Numbered from the stretch's first letter, positions 1 through 10,807 are shown. The stretch is 53,633 bases of DNA from an uncultured Eubacteriales bacterium (GCA_964611655.1 CAZTAY010000002.1:1-53633), one strand, 5' to 3'. The notes: generated from the letters alone by a model not told the origin. Translations and numbers: made by a program.

Positions 1-39
1 CAGATTTTTCCTTTTTTTGCATATTTTATATGTTAATAT

Positions 40-231
40 AGCGTTGTGACTTTACATAATTGTTTTTTTGACTTTAAAAGTCACAAAAGCGGAAGGTTTG
101 CTTAGAATAAAAACTTAATCAAAGCAAGCCGCACTAGAAGCGTTGTGACTTTACACAATTGTTTTTTTTACTTTAAAAGTCACAAAAGTGGAAGGTTTGC
201 TTAGAATTAAAACTTAATCAAAGCAGACCAC
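40..231. repeat. Two tandem copies of a ~90-bp hairpin-rich unit, period 99 bp
   Basis: agcgttgtgactttaca... starts at 40 and 139; copies nearly identical; internal inverted repeats ttgtgacttt/aaagtcacaa and ggtttgctt/aagcaagcc. Confidence 0.9.
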
Positions 232-308
232 AATATACTTTCTTACACTCTAAAAAGTAAAAGAGTTTGTCAAAAATTAGTCAAGCTCATATATTAAGGA
301 GGTTTAAT

Positions 309-1754
309 ATGCAAAAGAAAAATGATGTCACGCCTCCGGATACTGTCGAATATCCAAGGCAATTCAAATTCCCGACAAATGTTAAGCAGATAGGAGGTGT
401 TAGTGAGCGACTAAAGATCTATATAGAAGATTATGCTTTTACATATCTGGCACAGCTAAAACATAGCGGAAAAGAAAGAGAAATGCTGGCATTTTTGGTG
501 GGCAGGCAGGCATATGCGGGAGAAGAACCAATACTATTAATTAGTGGAATTGTACCGTCAAATTTCAGTATTAATATGGATGGTGTTGAGTGTTTTGCAG
601 ATGAGGACTGGGAATATGCAGAGTCACAGATCAAAAAGTATTTTAATGGTCTGTATATAGTAGGCTGGGTTCATATTCAAGGGGGATATGGAACTTATCT
701 TAGTGCAAGCGACCAGAAATATCATTCTGAGTATTTCAGCAGGAAAAATCAAGTTATTTATCTTAGTGATCCATTGGAAAAAAGCGATTGTTTCTTTACG
801 TGGGACGAGCATAAAAAGGAAATAGTTCCAATTGAAGGATATTTCATATATTATGATAAAAACAATGGCATGAACAGTTTTATGACTGATCATAAAAAAG
901 GTGAAATAAGGGCATCTGATATAGGTAACTATGAAAACCAAGAAGAAATGGAATTGGACGAATACTCGGATGAATACTCTGAAACAGATCCAAGTTACAT
1001 AAAAGAAAGAGAAAAATTAATAAACAGCTACAGACAAGCACAAAGCCTTAGAAGGATTAATGAAATTTCGCAGCAGAAAAAAGTAATAAACATGCTGCTT
1101 AGTTTAAGTGCTGTGTTGTTCTTAGCTTGTATTGTTATGGGAATTGGTTTGGTTCAAAACGGTGATCGTATTATTGGTGTGGAAACACAGCTTGAAACAC
1201 TTAAAAGCTCATATGATAACCTTGTTACCCAAGCGAAAGACAGCACTTATCCTGTATTTGCTAACCAAAACATAAATAAAGATACAACCACTCCAGAAAT
1301 TTTAGGTGAAGGAAACTTGATTCCAATTATGCCTGCGCCGGAGGCAAAATCCGATACAGCGGCAATTACACCGGAAGCAAACCCTATTTATGACGCAATA
1401 GCAAAAGCAAGAGAAGAAAGCGAAAATCAGGCAGATGCAAATACTACTGAGGCGGCATTGCCGGAAAATAATACAAGTGAGCCAAAACCGGAGGAAGTTA
1501 AGCCTTCTGAGACAACACCGCAAGCTCCAAAAGCAGAAGCTCCAAAAGCACCGGAAACAACAACAGTTTCTCAAACAAGCGACAAGCCATTAATTCCGGA
1601 CTCATATGTTGTTGAAACAGGAGATACTTTAAGTTTTATAAGTGTTAAGTTCTATGGTGATCGGGGAATGACTAAAAGAATAATGGAACTTAATAATATT
1701 CAGGATGCAAATAAAATAGTTGTGGGTGACGTGATAAAGCTTCCAAAACCTTAG
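309..1754 (+). CDS. Membrane-anchored protein: MPN/JAB-like N-terminal domain, TM helix, coiled coil, P/E/T-rich linker, C-terminal LysM
   Basis: RBS AAGGAGG before ATG 309; IYIEDY and GWVHIQGGYGTYLSASD (MPN-like); hydrophobic LLSLSAVLFLACIVMGIGLV; LysM YVVETGDTLSFISVKFYG...I.VGDVIKLP. Confidence 0.8.
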   Translation: MQKKNDVTPPDTVEYPRQFKFPTNVKQIGGVSERLKIYIEDYAFTYLAQLKHSGKEREMLAFLVGRQAYAGEEPILLISGIVPSNFSINMDGVECFADEDWEYAESQIKKYFNGLYIVGWVHIQGGYGTYLSASDQKYHSEYFSRKNQVIYLSDPLEKSDCFFTWDEHKKEIVPIEGYFIYYDKNNGMNSFMTDHKKGEIRASDIGNYENQEEMELDEYSDEYSETDPSYIKEREKLINSYRQAQSLRRINEISQQKKVINMLLSLSAVLFLACIVMGIGLVQNGDRIIGVETQLETLKSSYDNLVTQAKDSTYPVFANQNINKDTTTPEILGEGNLIPIMPAPEAKSDTAAITPEANPIYDAIAKAREESENQADANTTEAALPENNTSEPKPEEVKPSETTPQAPKAEAPKAPETTTVSQTSDKPLIPDSYVVETGDTLSFISVKFYGDRGMTKRIMELNNIQDANKIVVGDVIKLPKP

Positions 1755-1759
1755 AATAT

Positions 1760-1791
1760 AATTAGGGTGTGTCTGTTGGCACACCCTAATT
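1760..1791 (+). terminator. Hairpin, probable terminator
   Basis: aattagggtgtg / cacaccctaatt inverted repeat right after the stop codon. Confidence 0.65.
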
Positions 1792-1808
1792 GGTTTGAAA
1801 TTAAAAAC

Positions 1809-1837
1809 TTTACAAATGAAAGCAAGTGAATTATAAT
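1809..1837 (+). promoter_or_regulatory. Sigma-A promoter for tRNA-Gln
   Basis: TTTACA-17 bp-TATAAT, 18 nt upstream of the tRNA. Confidence 0.65.
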
Positions 1838-1855
1838 ATTGTTTCAGAAAGATAA

Positions 1856-1927
1856 TGGGCTGTCGCCAAGCGGTAAGGCAGTGGACTCTGACTCCATTAT
1901 TCGGGGGTTCAAATCCCTCCAGCCTAG
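1856..1927 (+). tRNA. tRNA-Gln (anticodon CTG)
   Basis: Acceptor TGGGCTG/CAGCCTA, anticodon arm gtgga-ctCTGac-tccat, T loop GGTTCAAATCC; CCA not encoded; followed by a hairpin and T tract. Confidence 0.95.
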
Positions 1928-2143
1928 TATTTGAAACAGCTACAGGGTTATCCTGTGGCTGATTTTTTTTATTTAAGTGTGTAATTTAAACCATAGAGAA
2001 TGTAATGAAATCTGAAAACAACTAGGAAATATAGCTAGTGGTTTTTGTCTTGAATAAAAAAACATTGTCCTCTTATAAAGTTTATAGTACTCTCTTATAT
2101 ATTAAAAAAATTTCGCAGTTATTAGGAGAGGTTGATTTAAATT

Positions 2144-3001
2144 ATGAAACTTAAATATAATTTCCATACATTTGCAATAATTACTGTTATTTTTTGGTCT
2201 TTGGCTTATGTTTATACAAAGCTTACTTTAGAGCATATATCAGCATTTTCACTTGGGTTTTTAAGATATATTGTTGCTTCTATCATGTTAATTATAGCTG
2301 CTTACTTCTTTAAAATTAAACCGCCAAAGAAGAAAGATTTAATTTGGTTTGTTGCATCAGGGTTAACTGGTTTTGCCCTATACATTATTATATTTAATTA
2401 TGGAACAAGTTTTGTTACTGCTGCAACCAGCAGTTTTATTATTGCCACAGTTCCGGTTTTTACGGCATTGTTGGCATCATTTTTTTATAAAGAGAAATTA
2501 AAACCATTCCAATGGATTGCAATTATTATTGAATTTTTAGGTATAGGCGTGCTAACCGTGTATGATGGAGTACTATCTATTAATCAAGGCATAATTTGGC
2601 TATTGATAGCATCAGTACTTCTAAGTTTTTACAATATCATACAACGCAGATTAATACGTACATACCCAGCTTTGCAAACTGCAACATACAGCATTCTAAT
2701 CGGAACCTTGTTTCTGTTTATATTTGCGCCTAAAGCGATTAATGAAATCATTGTAGCTCCTGTTGAAATTATAATCTATGTAATTGTGTTAGGTGTATTT
2801 TCAAGTGCAATTGCATATATTCTGTGGTCTAAAGCATTTGAGTTAGCAGAAAAGACTTCAATGGTAAGTAATTATATGTTCTTAACCCCTGTAGTAACAA
2901 GTGTATTAGGCATTATTATAGCAAACGAAATACCTGATATACCGTCAATAGTTGGCGGATTGATAATCATTATTGGAGCAATAGTCTTTAATAAATCTTA
3001 A
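2144..3001 (+). CDS. DMT/EamA family transporter
   Basis: About ten hydrophobic segments; W.LAYVYTK..LEHIS.F.L.FLRY repeat pattern; RBS AGGAGAGG. Confidence 0.9.
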   Translation: MKLKYNFHTFAIITVIFWSLAYVYTKLTLEHISAFSLGFLRYIVASIMLIIAAYFFKIKPPKKKDLIWFVASGLTGFALYIIIFNYGTSFVTAATSSFIIATVPVFTALLASFFYKEKLKPFQWIAIIIEFLGIGVLTVYDGVLSINQGIIWLLIASVLLSFYNIIQRRLIRTYPALQTATYSILIGTLFLFIFAPKAINEIIVAPVEIIIYVIVLGVFSSAIAYILWSKAFELAEKTSMVSNYMFLTPVVTSVLGIIIANEIPDIPSIVGGLIIIIGAIVFNKS

Positions 3002-3071
3002 ATCAACCATCTTAAAGAAAAGTAAAAACAACCACTGCAATTATATTTCATAGCAGAGGTTGTTTTGAATT

Positions 3072-3611
3072 TTAATAAAACCAAGGACTAAATAGCATTG
3101 AGCCAGCAGGTGATAAGTTGTTGTTTGAGATTTCGGCAGATGTTGGGTTTTGTGTTTGTATATTACGTGCGGCAGTCATAGCCTTTGTGCAATCAATTAC
3201 GTTTTTACTTTCTTTGTTATTGAAAAGTTCGGATATAATTATTTGTCTTACCAAAGAGCGTAGCACACATCTTTTAGAGAACATTCCACTACCATCAATA
3301 TTATCTTTGAACTCAGAAAATTCGGGTATTCTTTCAATTACGATTTCAAAGGCTAAATCAGTAAGTAATTGCAAAGTTTCTTTGTCCAGCTCTTCATAGA
3401 CGAATTTGTTGCTTCCACAAAAACGCTCAATAATTTGATCCACGAAATACCAAATATTCCTAGCCAGTATATCGCTTAACATTCGTTCATAGCTATTATT
3501 TTTCAAACATTCGGCTCTGTCTTCGTTTTTCTTTTTGCTAAACGGAAACTGTGTTATATCTATGACATTGTCTACCATGCGATTACCCCCATTTAATACT
3601 GCATTATCCAA
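3072..3611 (-). CDS. Hypothetical protein (start may be the ATG at 3578)
   Basis: 179-aa ORF with no recognisable motif; occupies an otherwise empty gap. Confidence 0.5.
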   Translation of the reverse strand: MDNAVLNGGNRMVDNVIDITQFPFSKKKNEDRAECLKNNSYERMLSDILARNIWYFVDQIIERFCGSNKFVYEELDKETLQLLTDLAFEIVIERIPEFSEFKDNIDGSGMFSKRCVLRSLVRQIIISELFNNKESKNVIDCTKAMTAARNIQTQNPTSAEISNNNLSPAGSMLFSPWFY

Positions 3612-3811
3612 GTTTATTTCTCACAATAATATATTCGTGAACTTGTTTATTGGAGCTTTTCTTATACATGGTTAAATCACAAAGTCAAATTGAGGTTTAG
3701 TATGAAGGGCATATTGACAAAAACTTTTAAAGTATAATATACTATTACGGTGTCAATAAAATGCGATTAATCGTGCAATTCAGCCATTTTTACGGGTGGT
3801 AACAAACATTT

Positions 3812-4708
3812 ATGTCTGGGGGCATTTTTTTGGATAAGGAATTACGTTATAAAGAGCTTATGAAAACGTCTGTTGTTACTATTGCAGGGAATTTTGTGCT
3901 TGCTGTTTTTAAGGTAATAATAGGATTTATAAGCGGAAGTTCTGCGGTTGTTGCAGATGCTGTTCATACATTGTCGGATGTGTTTTCGACAGTGGTTGTA
4001 ATGGCAGGCCTTAAGTTTTCAAGCAAGGATGCTGACCCAGAGCATCAGTATGGTCATCAGCGTATTGAGTCCATTGTATCACTTATATTGGCCTTTATAT
4101 TGTTTGTTACTGCACTTTCCCTAGGTTGGGAAGGTGTCAAAAAGATTACGGAAAATGAAGTAGTAAAGCCTTCAATTCCTGCACTTGTTATCACTGTGAT
4201 TTCTATTCTGTCAAAAGAAGTAATGTTCAGGTATACTATGAAAAAGGCAAAATTACTTAATTCGTCGTCTCTTATGAGTGATGCTTGGCATCACCGATCT
4301 GACGCTGTCAGTTCAATTGCTGTTTTAATCGGTGTTGTAGGGGTCTTTTTCAATGCATGGATTCTAGAGCCTATTGCCACCATTGCTGTTAGTTTTATAA
4401 TATTAAAAGCCGTATATGACATTGGCAGGCTTGCAATTGATCAGTTAATTGATCGTGCGGTAAGCAAAGAATTGTTAAGCGAAATAAAGGACACTGTGCT
4501 TAGTATTAATGGTGTTAAAGGCATCGATCTTCTGCATACGAGATTAAGCAATAATGTGGTATTTGTTGACCTTGAAATATCTGTGGATTCAAACCTCACA
4601 GTGTCGGAAGGTCATGATATTGCGGAAAATGTTCATGATACTTTGGAAAAAAATATAACACAAATACAACATTGTATGGTCCATGTAAACCCACATGTGG
4701 AAAGATGA
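3812..4708 (+). CDS. Cation diffusion facilitator (FieF-like) transporter
   Basis: ADAVHTLSD, HQYGHQRIE, DAWHHRSDA and C-terminal HCMVHVNP motifs; TTGACA promoter at 3714; terminator 4714-4739. Confidence 0.92.
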   Translation: MSGGIFLDKELRYKELMKTSVVTIAGNFVLAVFKVIIGFISGSSAVVADAVHTLSDVFSTVVVMAGLKFSSKDADPEHQYGHQRIESIVSLILAFILFVTALSLGWEGVKKITENEVVKPSIPALVITVISILSKEVMFRYTMKKAKLLNSSSLMSDAWHHRSDAVSSIAVLIGVVGVFFNAWILEPIATIAVSFIILKAVYDIGRLAIDQLIDRAVSKELLSEIKDTVLSINGVKGIDLLHTRLSNNVVFVDLEISVDSNLTVSEGHDIAENVHDTLEKNITQIQHCMVHVNPHVER

Positions 4709-4810
4709 TAATGCCCGGCGCTTTTAGCCGGGTTTTTTTAATGTTTCAGATTATACACACATAAATAAGATTTGGGGCTGAAGTCCCAAGAACAGCCCCA
4801 AACTGGTTGC

Positions 4811-5377
4811 TTAAACAATGCATCTGTCGTATATACTTTCTTCCCACCAACCAAAAGCAACCCTTCCAGTGGCTGACGTTCCCCCTAGTTCTGGGGTTGA
4901 AATAAATACCAAGAAGGAACCACCCGGTGGAAAAATCAGCTTACCATTTTCTGAATCCACTAATGTGGTTTCAGGTGTTGCATCACGGATAAATGCCTTT
5001 GCTCCTCCAATGGGGTTTCCTGTAACATTTGTAGCGTATTGGATTTGCACCTTTGGTATTGGCGACGGACAAAGCGCTGTATTTGTTGGAGTCACGTTGT
5101 TTGAGTTAATAGGAACTCCAGGAGGAGTTGCGTTGAAATAAAACTCTGCGCGGAAAGGAGTTTCAGTAATATCGGTAACGGTCCACACATTAACAAACAG
5201 ATTAACGCATGAGTTTATAGGGTTATACAGTCTTGCCCATGCGCCTGTGGTAGTGTCAAAACTTAAGCCCTCGGCAAAACCCATGAAATATTCGCCTTGC
5301 ACCGACTTGTACAATTCAATAGGTATGTCAACTGTTTTTGGCATAATACATTTACTACTGTAGTAATGACTTCTCAA
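4811..5377 (-). CDS. DUF6143-like protein
   Basis: TTG start at 5377 after AAGAAGGTG; WARLYNP, FNATPPG, IFPPGGSFL and AFGWWEE motifs recalled from this clostridial family. Confidence 0.7.
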   Translation of the reverse strand: MRSHYYSSKCIMPKTVDIPIELYKSVQGEYFMGFAEGLSFDTTTGAWARLYNPINSCVNLFVNVWTVTDITETPFRAEFYFNATPPGVPINSNNVTPTNTALCPSPIPKVQIQYATNVTGNPIGGAKAFIRDATPETTLVDSENGKLIFPPGGSFLVFISTPELGGTSATGRVAFGWWEESIYDRCIV

Positions 5378-5501
5378 TTTATCACCTTCTTTTTCATGTC
5401 CGAAAGTCGAACTCACATTATAATATATGAAAAATAAGCAAAAAAAGTTCGACAAAATTACCTTTATGGGTAATCCTGTCGAACGAGGTTAAACTTTATT
5501 T

Positions 5502-6929
5502 TTAACACTCAAGTGTTTTAATCTTTTCCACAAATTCATCGTTGGTTTTGGTTTTCACAAGCTGGTCAATTATAGTTTCGGTTACGTCTACAGTTGCCAT
5601 CTTACTCATTGCTTTTCTAATTGCATACACAGCTTCTAATTCTTGTCTTGTAAGCAAATACTCTTCTCTTCTTGTTCCTGATTTATTGATGTCAATGGCA
5701 GGGAAAATCCTTTTTTCAGATAATTTTCGATCCAGTACAAGTTCCATGTTTCCTGTACCTTTAAACTCTTCAAAAACAACATCGTCCATCTTACTTCCTG
5801 TTTCAACCAAAGCAGTTGCTAGTATTGTAAGGCTTCCGCCTTCTTCAATATTCCTTGCTGCACCAAAAAACTTCTTTGGCATATGCAATGCTGCAGGGTC
5901 AAGACCGCCGGATAAAGTTCTTCCACTTGGAGGGATGGTCAGGTTATATGCTCTTGCAAGCCTTGTTATTGAGTCAAGGAGTATAATTAAATCCTTGCCC
6001 TGTTCAACCAGTCTCTTTGCACGTTCAAGCACCATTTCCGCAACTCTTTTGTGGTGTTCTGGCTGTTCGTCAAAGGTAGAATACACAACATCAACGTTTT
6101 GACCGGAAACCTGGCGCTGAATGTCTGTTACTTCTTCAGGTCGCTCGTCAATTAAAAGTATAATAAGGTGCATATCCGGGTGATTGGTGGTAATAGAGTT
6201 TGCTATTTTAGTGAGCAAAACGGTTTTTCCCACCTTCGGCTGTGCAACAATCATACCTCTTTGTCCTCTGCCGATTGGCGCAATAAGGTCAATTAATCTA
6301 GTGGAAAGCTCAAGCTGAGATGTTTCAAGCTTTAGCTTTTGTTTTGGATAAATAGGCGTTAAATCCTCAAAGTTAGGACGTTTTGACGCTTTATCTGGAT
6401 TGTCACCGTTAACGGTTTTTACAAGCAAAAGTGCACTGTATTTCTCGCCTTCTTTTGGTATTCTGATATCACCTTTTACCAAGTCGCCAGTTTTTAAGTT
6501 AAAACGCCTTATTTGTGAGGGTGAGATATAGATATCCTTTGCACCTGGAAGGTAATTATCAGTTCTTAAAAAGCCGTATCCGTCTGCCATAACCTCTAAG
6601 ACGCCTTCTTCGATAATACCGCTTCTAAGGTTATCAAGCTGCATGTTTTTATGGTTTTCATGCCCTGGCTTTGGACATTCTTTTGCTACCACAGGACATT
6701 CAGAGGGTGTAACTTTAATTTCATCTGTTTTATTTTTATCACAGCTACTTAAACAAGGAACTTCTTCCTGATTAGAAGTTTCTTCATCAGCAGTGCTGTG
6801 GTCTTCCGTATTATTTTTGTTAATGTCTGTTATTACACCAATCAGCTCGGCTTTTTTATATCTGACTATATTTTTAACTCCAAGCCCTTTAGCAATAACC
6901 CTTAGCTCAGCCAGACTCAAATCATTCAT
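5502..6929 (-). CDS. rho: Transcription termination factor Rho
   Basis: [55 protein letters not shown]. Confidence 0.98.
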   Translation of the reverse strand: MNDLSLAELRVIAKGLGVKNIVRYKKAELIGVITDINKNNTEDHSTADEETSNQEEVPCLSSCDKNKTDEIKVTPSECPVVAKECPKPGHENHKNMQLDNLRSGIIEEGVLEVMADGYGFLRTDNYLPGAKDIYISPSQIRRFNLKTGDLVKGDIRIPKEGEKYSALLLVKTVNGDNPDKASKRPNFEDLTPIYPKQKLKLETSQLELSTRLIDLIAPIGRGQRGMIVAQPKVGKTVLLTKIANSITTNHPDMHLIILLIDERPEEVTDIQRQVSGQNVDVVYSTFDEQPEHHKRVAEMVLERAKRLVEQGKDLIILLDSITRLARAYNLTIPPSGRTLSGGLDPAALHMPKKFFGAARNIEEGGSLTILATALVETGSKMDDVVFEEFKGTGNMELVLDRKLSEKRIFPAIDINKSGTRREEYLLTRQELEAVYAIRKAMSKMATVDVTETIIDQLVKTKTNDEFVEKIKTLEC

Positions 6930-7048
6930 TGGGTTGCCTCCTGATAAATATTAGGGGTTTATATTAGTTAAATGTTTAAGATAATTACGGCTGAATAGAT
7001 TTTCCGTAATAAACCTTAAAGCATCTAACTTAGTTTTATTATTTCAAA

Positions 7049-7990
7049 TTAGATCACAGGTATTTTCAGTTTTAAACCGGCATAAATACTGTTTGCATCC
7101 TTTATATTATTCGCTTTCATTATTTCTGTGTAATAATCTCCATTGCCGTATATCTTTTCGCTTATTTTCCACAAGCTATCGCCTTTTTTTACAATATATT
7201 CGGCAGGATATTTACTACCTGGTTCACTGTCTTTATCGGTTTCTTCTTTATTAGCATCCTTGTTAGTACCAGCATCGGTTTTATCCGGAGCTACTACGTT
7301 TTGTGTCTTTCGTGCATCAGCAAGCTCTGATTCAAGCAGTGTATTTTTTACTTTAGCCTGTTCAAGCTCTGTTTTAACCTGATTGTAGGTTTTAAGATCC
7401 ACCGTTTGTTGGTTTGTGCTGGTTTCCTTGCCTTTTATGTCTTCAAGCTCCTTATTCACTGCATTAATCTTAAAAACAAGCATACCCATAATACAAACCA
7501 CCATAGTCATTAAAATGGTTGCAGAGAAAATAATTCTTTTTTTTGGTGCAGTCGTTTCATCCGTGTCTTCGTCATAATCATCATAGTTCATTTTGGGCTT
7601 TTTCCTTTTCTTCCTTTCAATATCCTTATTTAAAAGCCTGGACATTTCATTACCAGTTATATGTTCGTCGGCTCCTGAATATTCTCCCCCTCTTTTTGCA
7701 AAGCCTGATAGGTATGACTCAAGGCTGTCAATATCGGTTTGTGTAAGAACCACAGGTGCAGAGTCCTGAGCGTTTTTTTTCACAAGATCACCGATTGAGT
7801 CCTTTGTTAGTGCTTCAAACTCCGCTGTATTAGTAAATTCAGGAGTGCTTGCTTCTTCAAAGTCGGCTTTTTCGAATTCCGCTGAATCGCCTATGTGTTT
7901 TATATCCTCCATACCATCTTCATAATCATCTGAAATATACTCTAGATCCTCAGAATTGTTTTCGTAATCATCAATTGTCATGTAAGACAC
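7049..7990 (-). CDS. Membrane-anchored LysM protein with acidic N-terminus
   Basis: D/E-rich N-terminus, TM IIFSATILMTMVVCIMGMLVF, coiled coil, LysM YIVKKGDSLWKISEKIYG...IYAGLKLKIP. Confidence 0.85.
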   Translation of the reverse strand: MSYMTIDDYENNSEDLEYISDDYEDGMEDIKHIGDSAEFEKADFEEASTPEFTNTAEFEALTKDSIGDLVKKNAQDSAPVVLTQTDIDSLESYLSGFAKRGGEYSGADEHITGNEMSRLLNKDIERKKRKKPKMNYDDYDEDTDETTAPKKRIIFSATILMTMVVCIMGMLVFKINAVNKELEDIKGKETSTNQQTVDLKTYNQVKTELEQAKVKNTLLESELADARKTQNVVAPDKTDAGTNKDANKEETDKDSEPGSKYPAEYIVKKGDSLWKISEKIYGNGDYYTEIMKANNIKDANSIYAGLKLKIPVI

Positions 7991-8449
7991 CCAACCTTTT
8001 GTTTATTTATTTCATTCATCATCTTGTAATCGGAAAACTTGAGACAGCAGCCAAATCGCCTTCTGGACATGAGATAAAATTTCCTGTTAACAGGAACTCA
8101 AATAATAGGAGTTTCAGGCAGGTACCACGAGCAGTTTAAATTCACGCACTAAAAAGCTATAACCGTTCAATATTTTACAATGAAAAATGGAAAGTGACCG
8201 CCCCATTATAAAATAAGATTACAATAATTATATTATATATTGTAGTCCTCTAAAAATAATATGTCAATGTTAAAATGCATTAAATAATATTTTTTATTTA
8301 AAAAAGGTATTTTACTAATTACAAAAATAGATACAAAACTTACAAAAATACAATAATTGAATAAATAGGAATTGTGAATAAAGGGCTTAGATTTTGCAAT
8401 AACTCATCTGTTTTTACAAAATCATAAAATATTACTATAATAAAATCAT

Positions 8450-9343
8450 TTATTAAATAAATTCCGAAGCCGAGAGTTGAAAATAAGTAAGTTTATCATA
8501 TTCAAAGTTTGTTTTTTCCAGTTGATTTTTGAAATTAAATCTTTGAAAAAAACAAATAAAGCTAAGGCTGAAAAATATACATTTGGCAACAAATTGTCAA
8601 ACAGAGAATCGTTTTGATCTTTTAGTTTAATAGAAATGTAGCTTGTCTCAAAAATAGTTAATATAACACTGACAACACCAAAAATATATATTCAGATTTT
8701 AGTTGCTTTTGAAAGACTATATCTATATAAATAATAGCCCAATACAAAATAACCTGTGTATCCAAGAATAAAATATTGTTGTTTTTTATAAAAGGAGACT
8801 TATTCTAATATATAAATAGAAAAATAATCTAAGAAAATTGATTAAAAAGCAAAAAATAAAGTTTAAAATTAAAAGTATTCGTTAGTCGCTTGTTTTTAGT
8901 GATTTCTCTTAGGAAAGGAACAACCAAATAAAGCCCAACTAATGTGAAAACCATAACTGATAATGACTGAATATGAAGTTTCTTAGAACATTTATTAAAA
9001 AGTTAGATATTGTAGAAAATTTATAAATGTTTTCCATAATAGAATATGCAGCTGACCAAAATACTTATGCTTTAATAATTCGTGAGATGTTTTTAGAAAA
9101 GAGTTCCTTTAAAGTTTATTCGAGATTATTATCTAGAAAAAAGATTCCTGAAATCATAAAAAGGGTGGGAACGCAAAATCTGGATAAACTGTTATAAAAA
9201 TTAGAAATTTGCCATTCAAAAGAATCAACAGATGATGTATACCACTTTTTTGCTGAAATATGTATAATAATGACACAAAATAAAGAGAATATTCTTAACA
9301 AATCCAAATAGACAACTCTATCTGATGTTTTAAAATTACTCAT
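8450..9343 (-). pseudogene. Acyltransferase family 3 (WecH/OafA-like) pseudogene
   Basis: YLDLLRIFSLFCVIIIH and RFCVPTLFMISG, then in-frame TAA at 9116-9118 and 9065-9067; HYQLWF followed by a frameshift into TLVGLYLVVPFL; left boundary approximate. Confidence 0.85.
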
Positions 9344-9502
9344 TATTTTCTCCTTAATAGAGTTATTTAGAATTATTTTACTATAAAAAACAAATAAAAA
9401 AATTAAATTTGAAAAAATGACATAAAGTTGTAATAATCTTTACTAGAATATATAGTCATGTTATAATAATATTCAACAAAAAAATCGAGGAGTGGAGTAA
9501 TA

Positions 9503-10807
9503 ATGACTTATTGGAATCCTTCGGCTGAGTGCATGGACAGAGAAGAAATGACTAAACTTCAAAACGAGAGATTGGTTAAGACTGTTGAGAAGATTTATCA
9601 TAATGTTCCCCATTATCGAGAAAAGATGCAAAAGATTGGACTTGAACCAGGCGACATAAAAGGAATACAGGATTTACATATGCTTCCATTTACAACTAAG
9701 CAGGATTTAAGAGATACATATCCCTTTGGCTTGTTTGCAAGCCCTATGAACGAAATTATTAGAATTCATTCCTCATCAGGCACAACTGGCAAACCAACTG
9801 TTGTGGGTTATACTAAAAATGACTTAGATGCATGGACAGAATGTTGCGCAAGAGTGCTGCATAATGCAGGAGCAACAAAAGATTCCGTAGTTCAGGTTTC
9901 ATATGGATATGGACTTTTAACAGGCGGATTGGGTATGCATTATGGCACAGAAAAAATTGGCGCAACTGTTGTACCAGCTTCAGGGGGAAACACCAGACGT
10001 CAACTGCAAATTTTAACAGATTTTGGTGTAGATATAATTTGCTGTACACCTTCTTATGCAAACTATATTTTTGAAGAACTGCTTGCTTCGGGCGTCACCA
10101 AGGACGATATTAAATTAAAGGCAGGCATATTCGGTGCTGAAATGTGGACTGAAAATATGCGTAAACAAATGGAAGAACTGCTTGATATTAAAGCGATTGA
10201 TATTTATGGATTAAGTGAAATAACAGGTCCTGGAGTCTCCTTTGATTGTCATGCAAGAAAGGGACTACATGTTAACGAGGACTATTTTATTCCTGAAATT
10301 ATAGACCCTGATACAGGAGAAGTTTTGCCATACGACGAAAGAGGCGAGCTTGTTTTCTCAACCATTTCCAAAGAAGGTTTTCCTCTTCTAAGATACCGTA
10401 CAAAGGATCTATCAACGCTTTCTCAAGAAAAATGTGACTGCGGCAGAACCCTTGTGAGAATGGGCAGGGTCATGGGACGCTCAGACGACATGCTTATTAT
10501 AAGGGGTGTTAATGTATTCCCTTCACAGGTGGAAAGCGTATTACTTGAAATGGGTGAAACCGCACCTCATTATTTATTGATTGTTGATAGAGAAGGTAAA
10601 ATGGACAATCTTGAAATTCAAGTTGAAATGAGCGAACAGCTTTTCTCTGATAAAGTAAAGAATATTGAAAGTCTTGAACATAAACTAAAACATTCAATTG
10701 AAAGCCTTTTAGGGGTAAGTGCTAAAATAAGGCTTGTGAACCCGAAAACCATTGAAAGAAGCGAAGGCAAGGCAAAAAGAGTAATAGACAAGCGTAAATT
10801 CGATTAG
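9503..10807 (+). CDS. paaK: Phenylacetate-CoA ligase family protein
   Basis: RIHSSSGTTGKPTVVGYT, DIYGLSEITGPGV, LRYRTKD, GRSDDMLIIRGVNVFPSQVE. Confidence 0.92.
   Translation: MTYWNPSAECMDREEMTKLQNERLVKTVEKIYHNVPHYREKMQKIGLEPGDIKGIQDLHMLPFTTKQDLRDTYPFGLFASPMNEIIRIHSSSGTTGKPTVVGYTKNDLDAWTECCARVLHNAGATKDSVVQVSYGYGLLTGGLGMHYGTEKIGATVVPASGGNTRRQLQILTDFGVDIICCTPSYANYIFEELLASGVTKDDIKLKAGIFGAEMWTENMRKQMEELLDIKAIDIYGLSEITGPGVSFDCHARKGLHVNEDYFIPEIIDPDTGEVLPYDERGELVFSTISKEGFPLLRYRTKDLSTLSQEKCDCGRTLVRMGRVMGRSDDMLIIRGVNVFPSQVESVLLEMGETAPHYLLIVDREGKMDNLEIQVEMSEQLFSDKVKNIESLEHKLKHSIESLLGVSAKIRLVNPKTIERSEGKAKRVIDKRKFD

Noticed and set aside
40-231. Possible CRISPR array
   Set aside because: Only two ~90-bp units with no unique spacers; no cas genes in the window
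3745-3811. NiCo or other metal riboswitch upstream of the CDF transporter
   Set aside because: Leader is short and lacks the four-way-junction consensus as I recall it
5542-6102. 186-aa ORF, and similar short overlapping ORFs in pnp, nrdD, MCPs and groEL
   Set aside because: Antisense or alternate-frame shadows of conserved genes, with no RBS or motif
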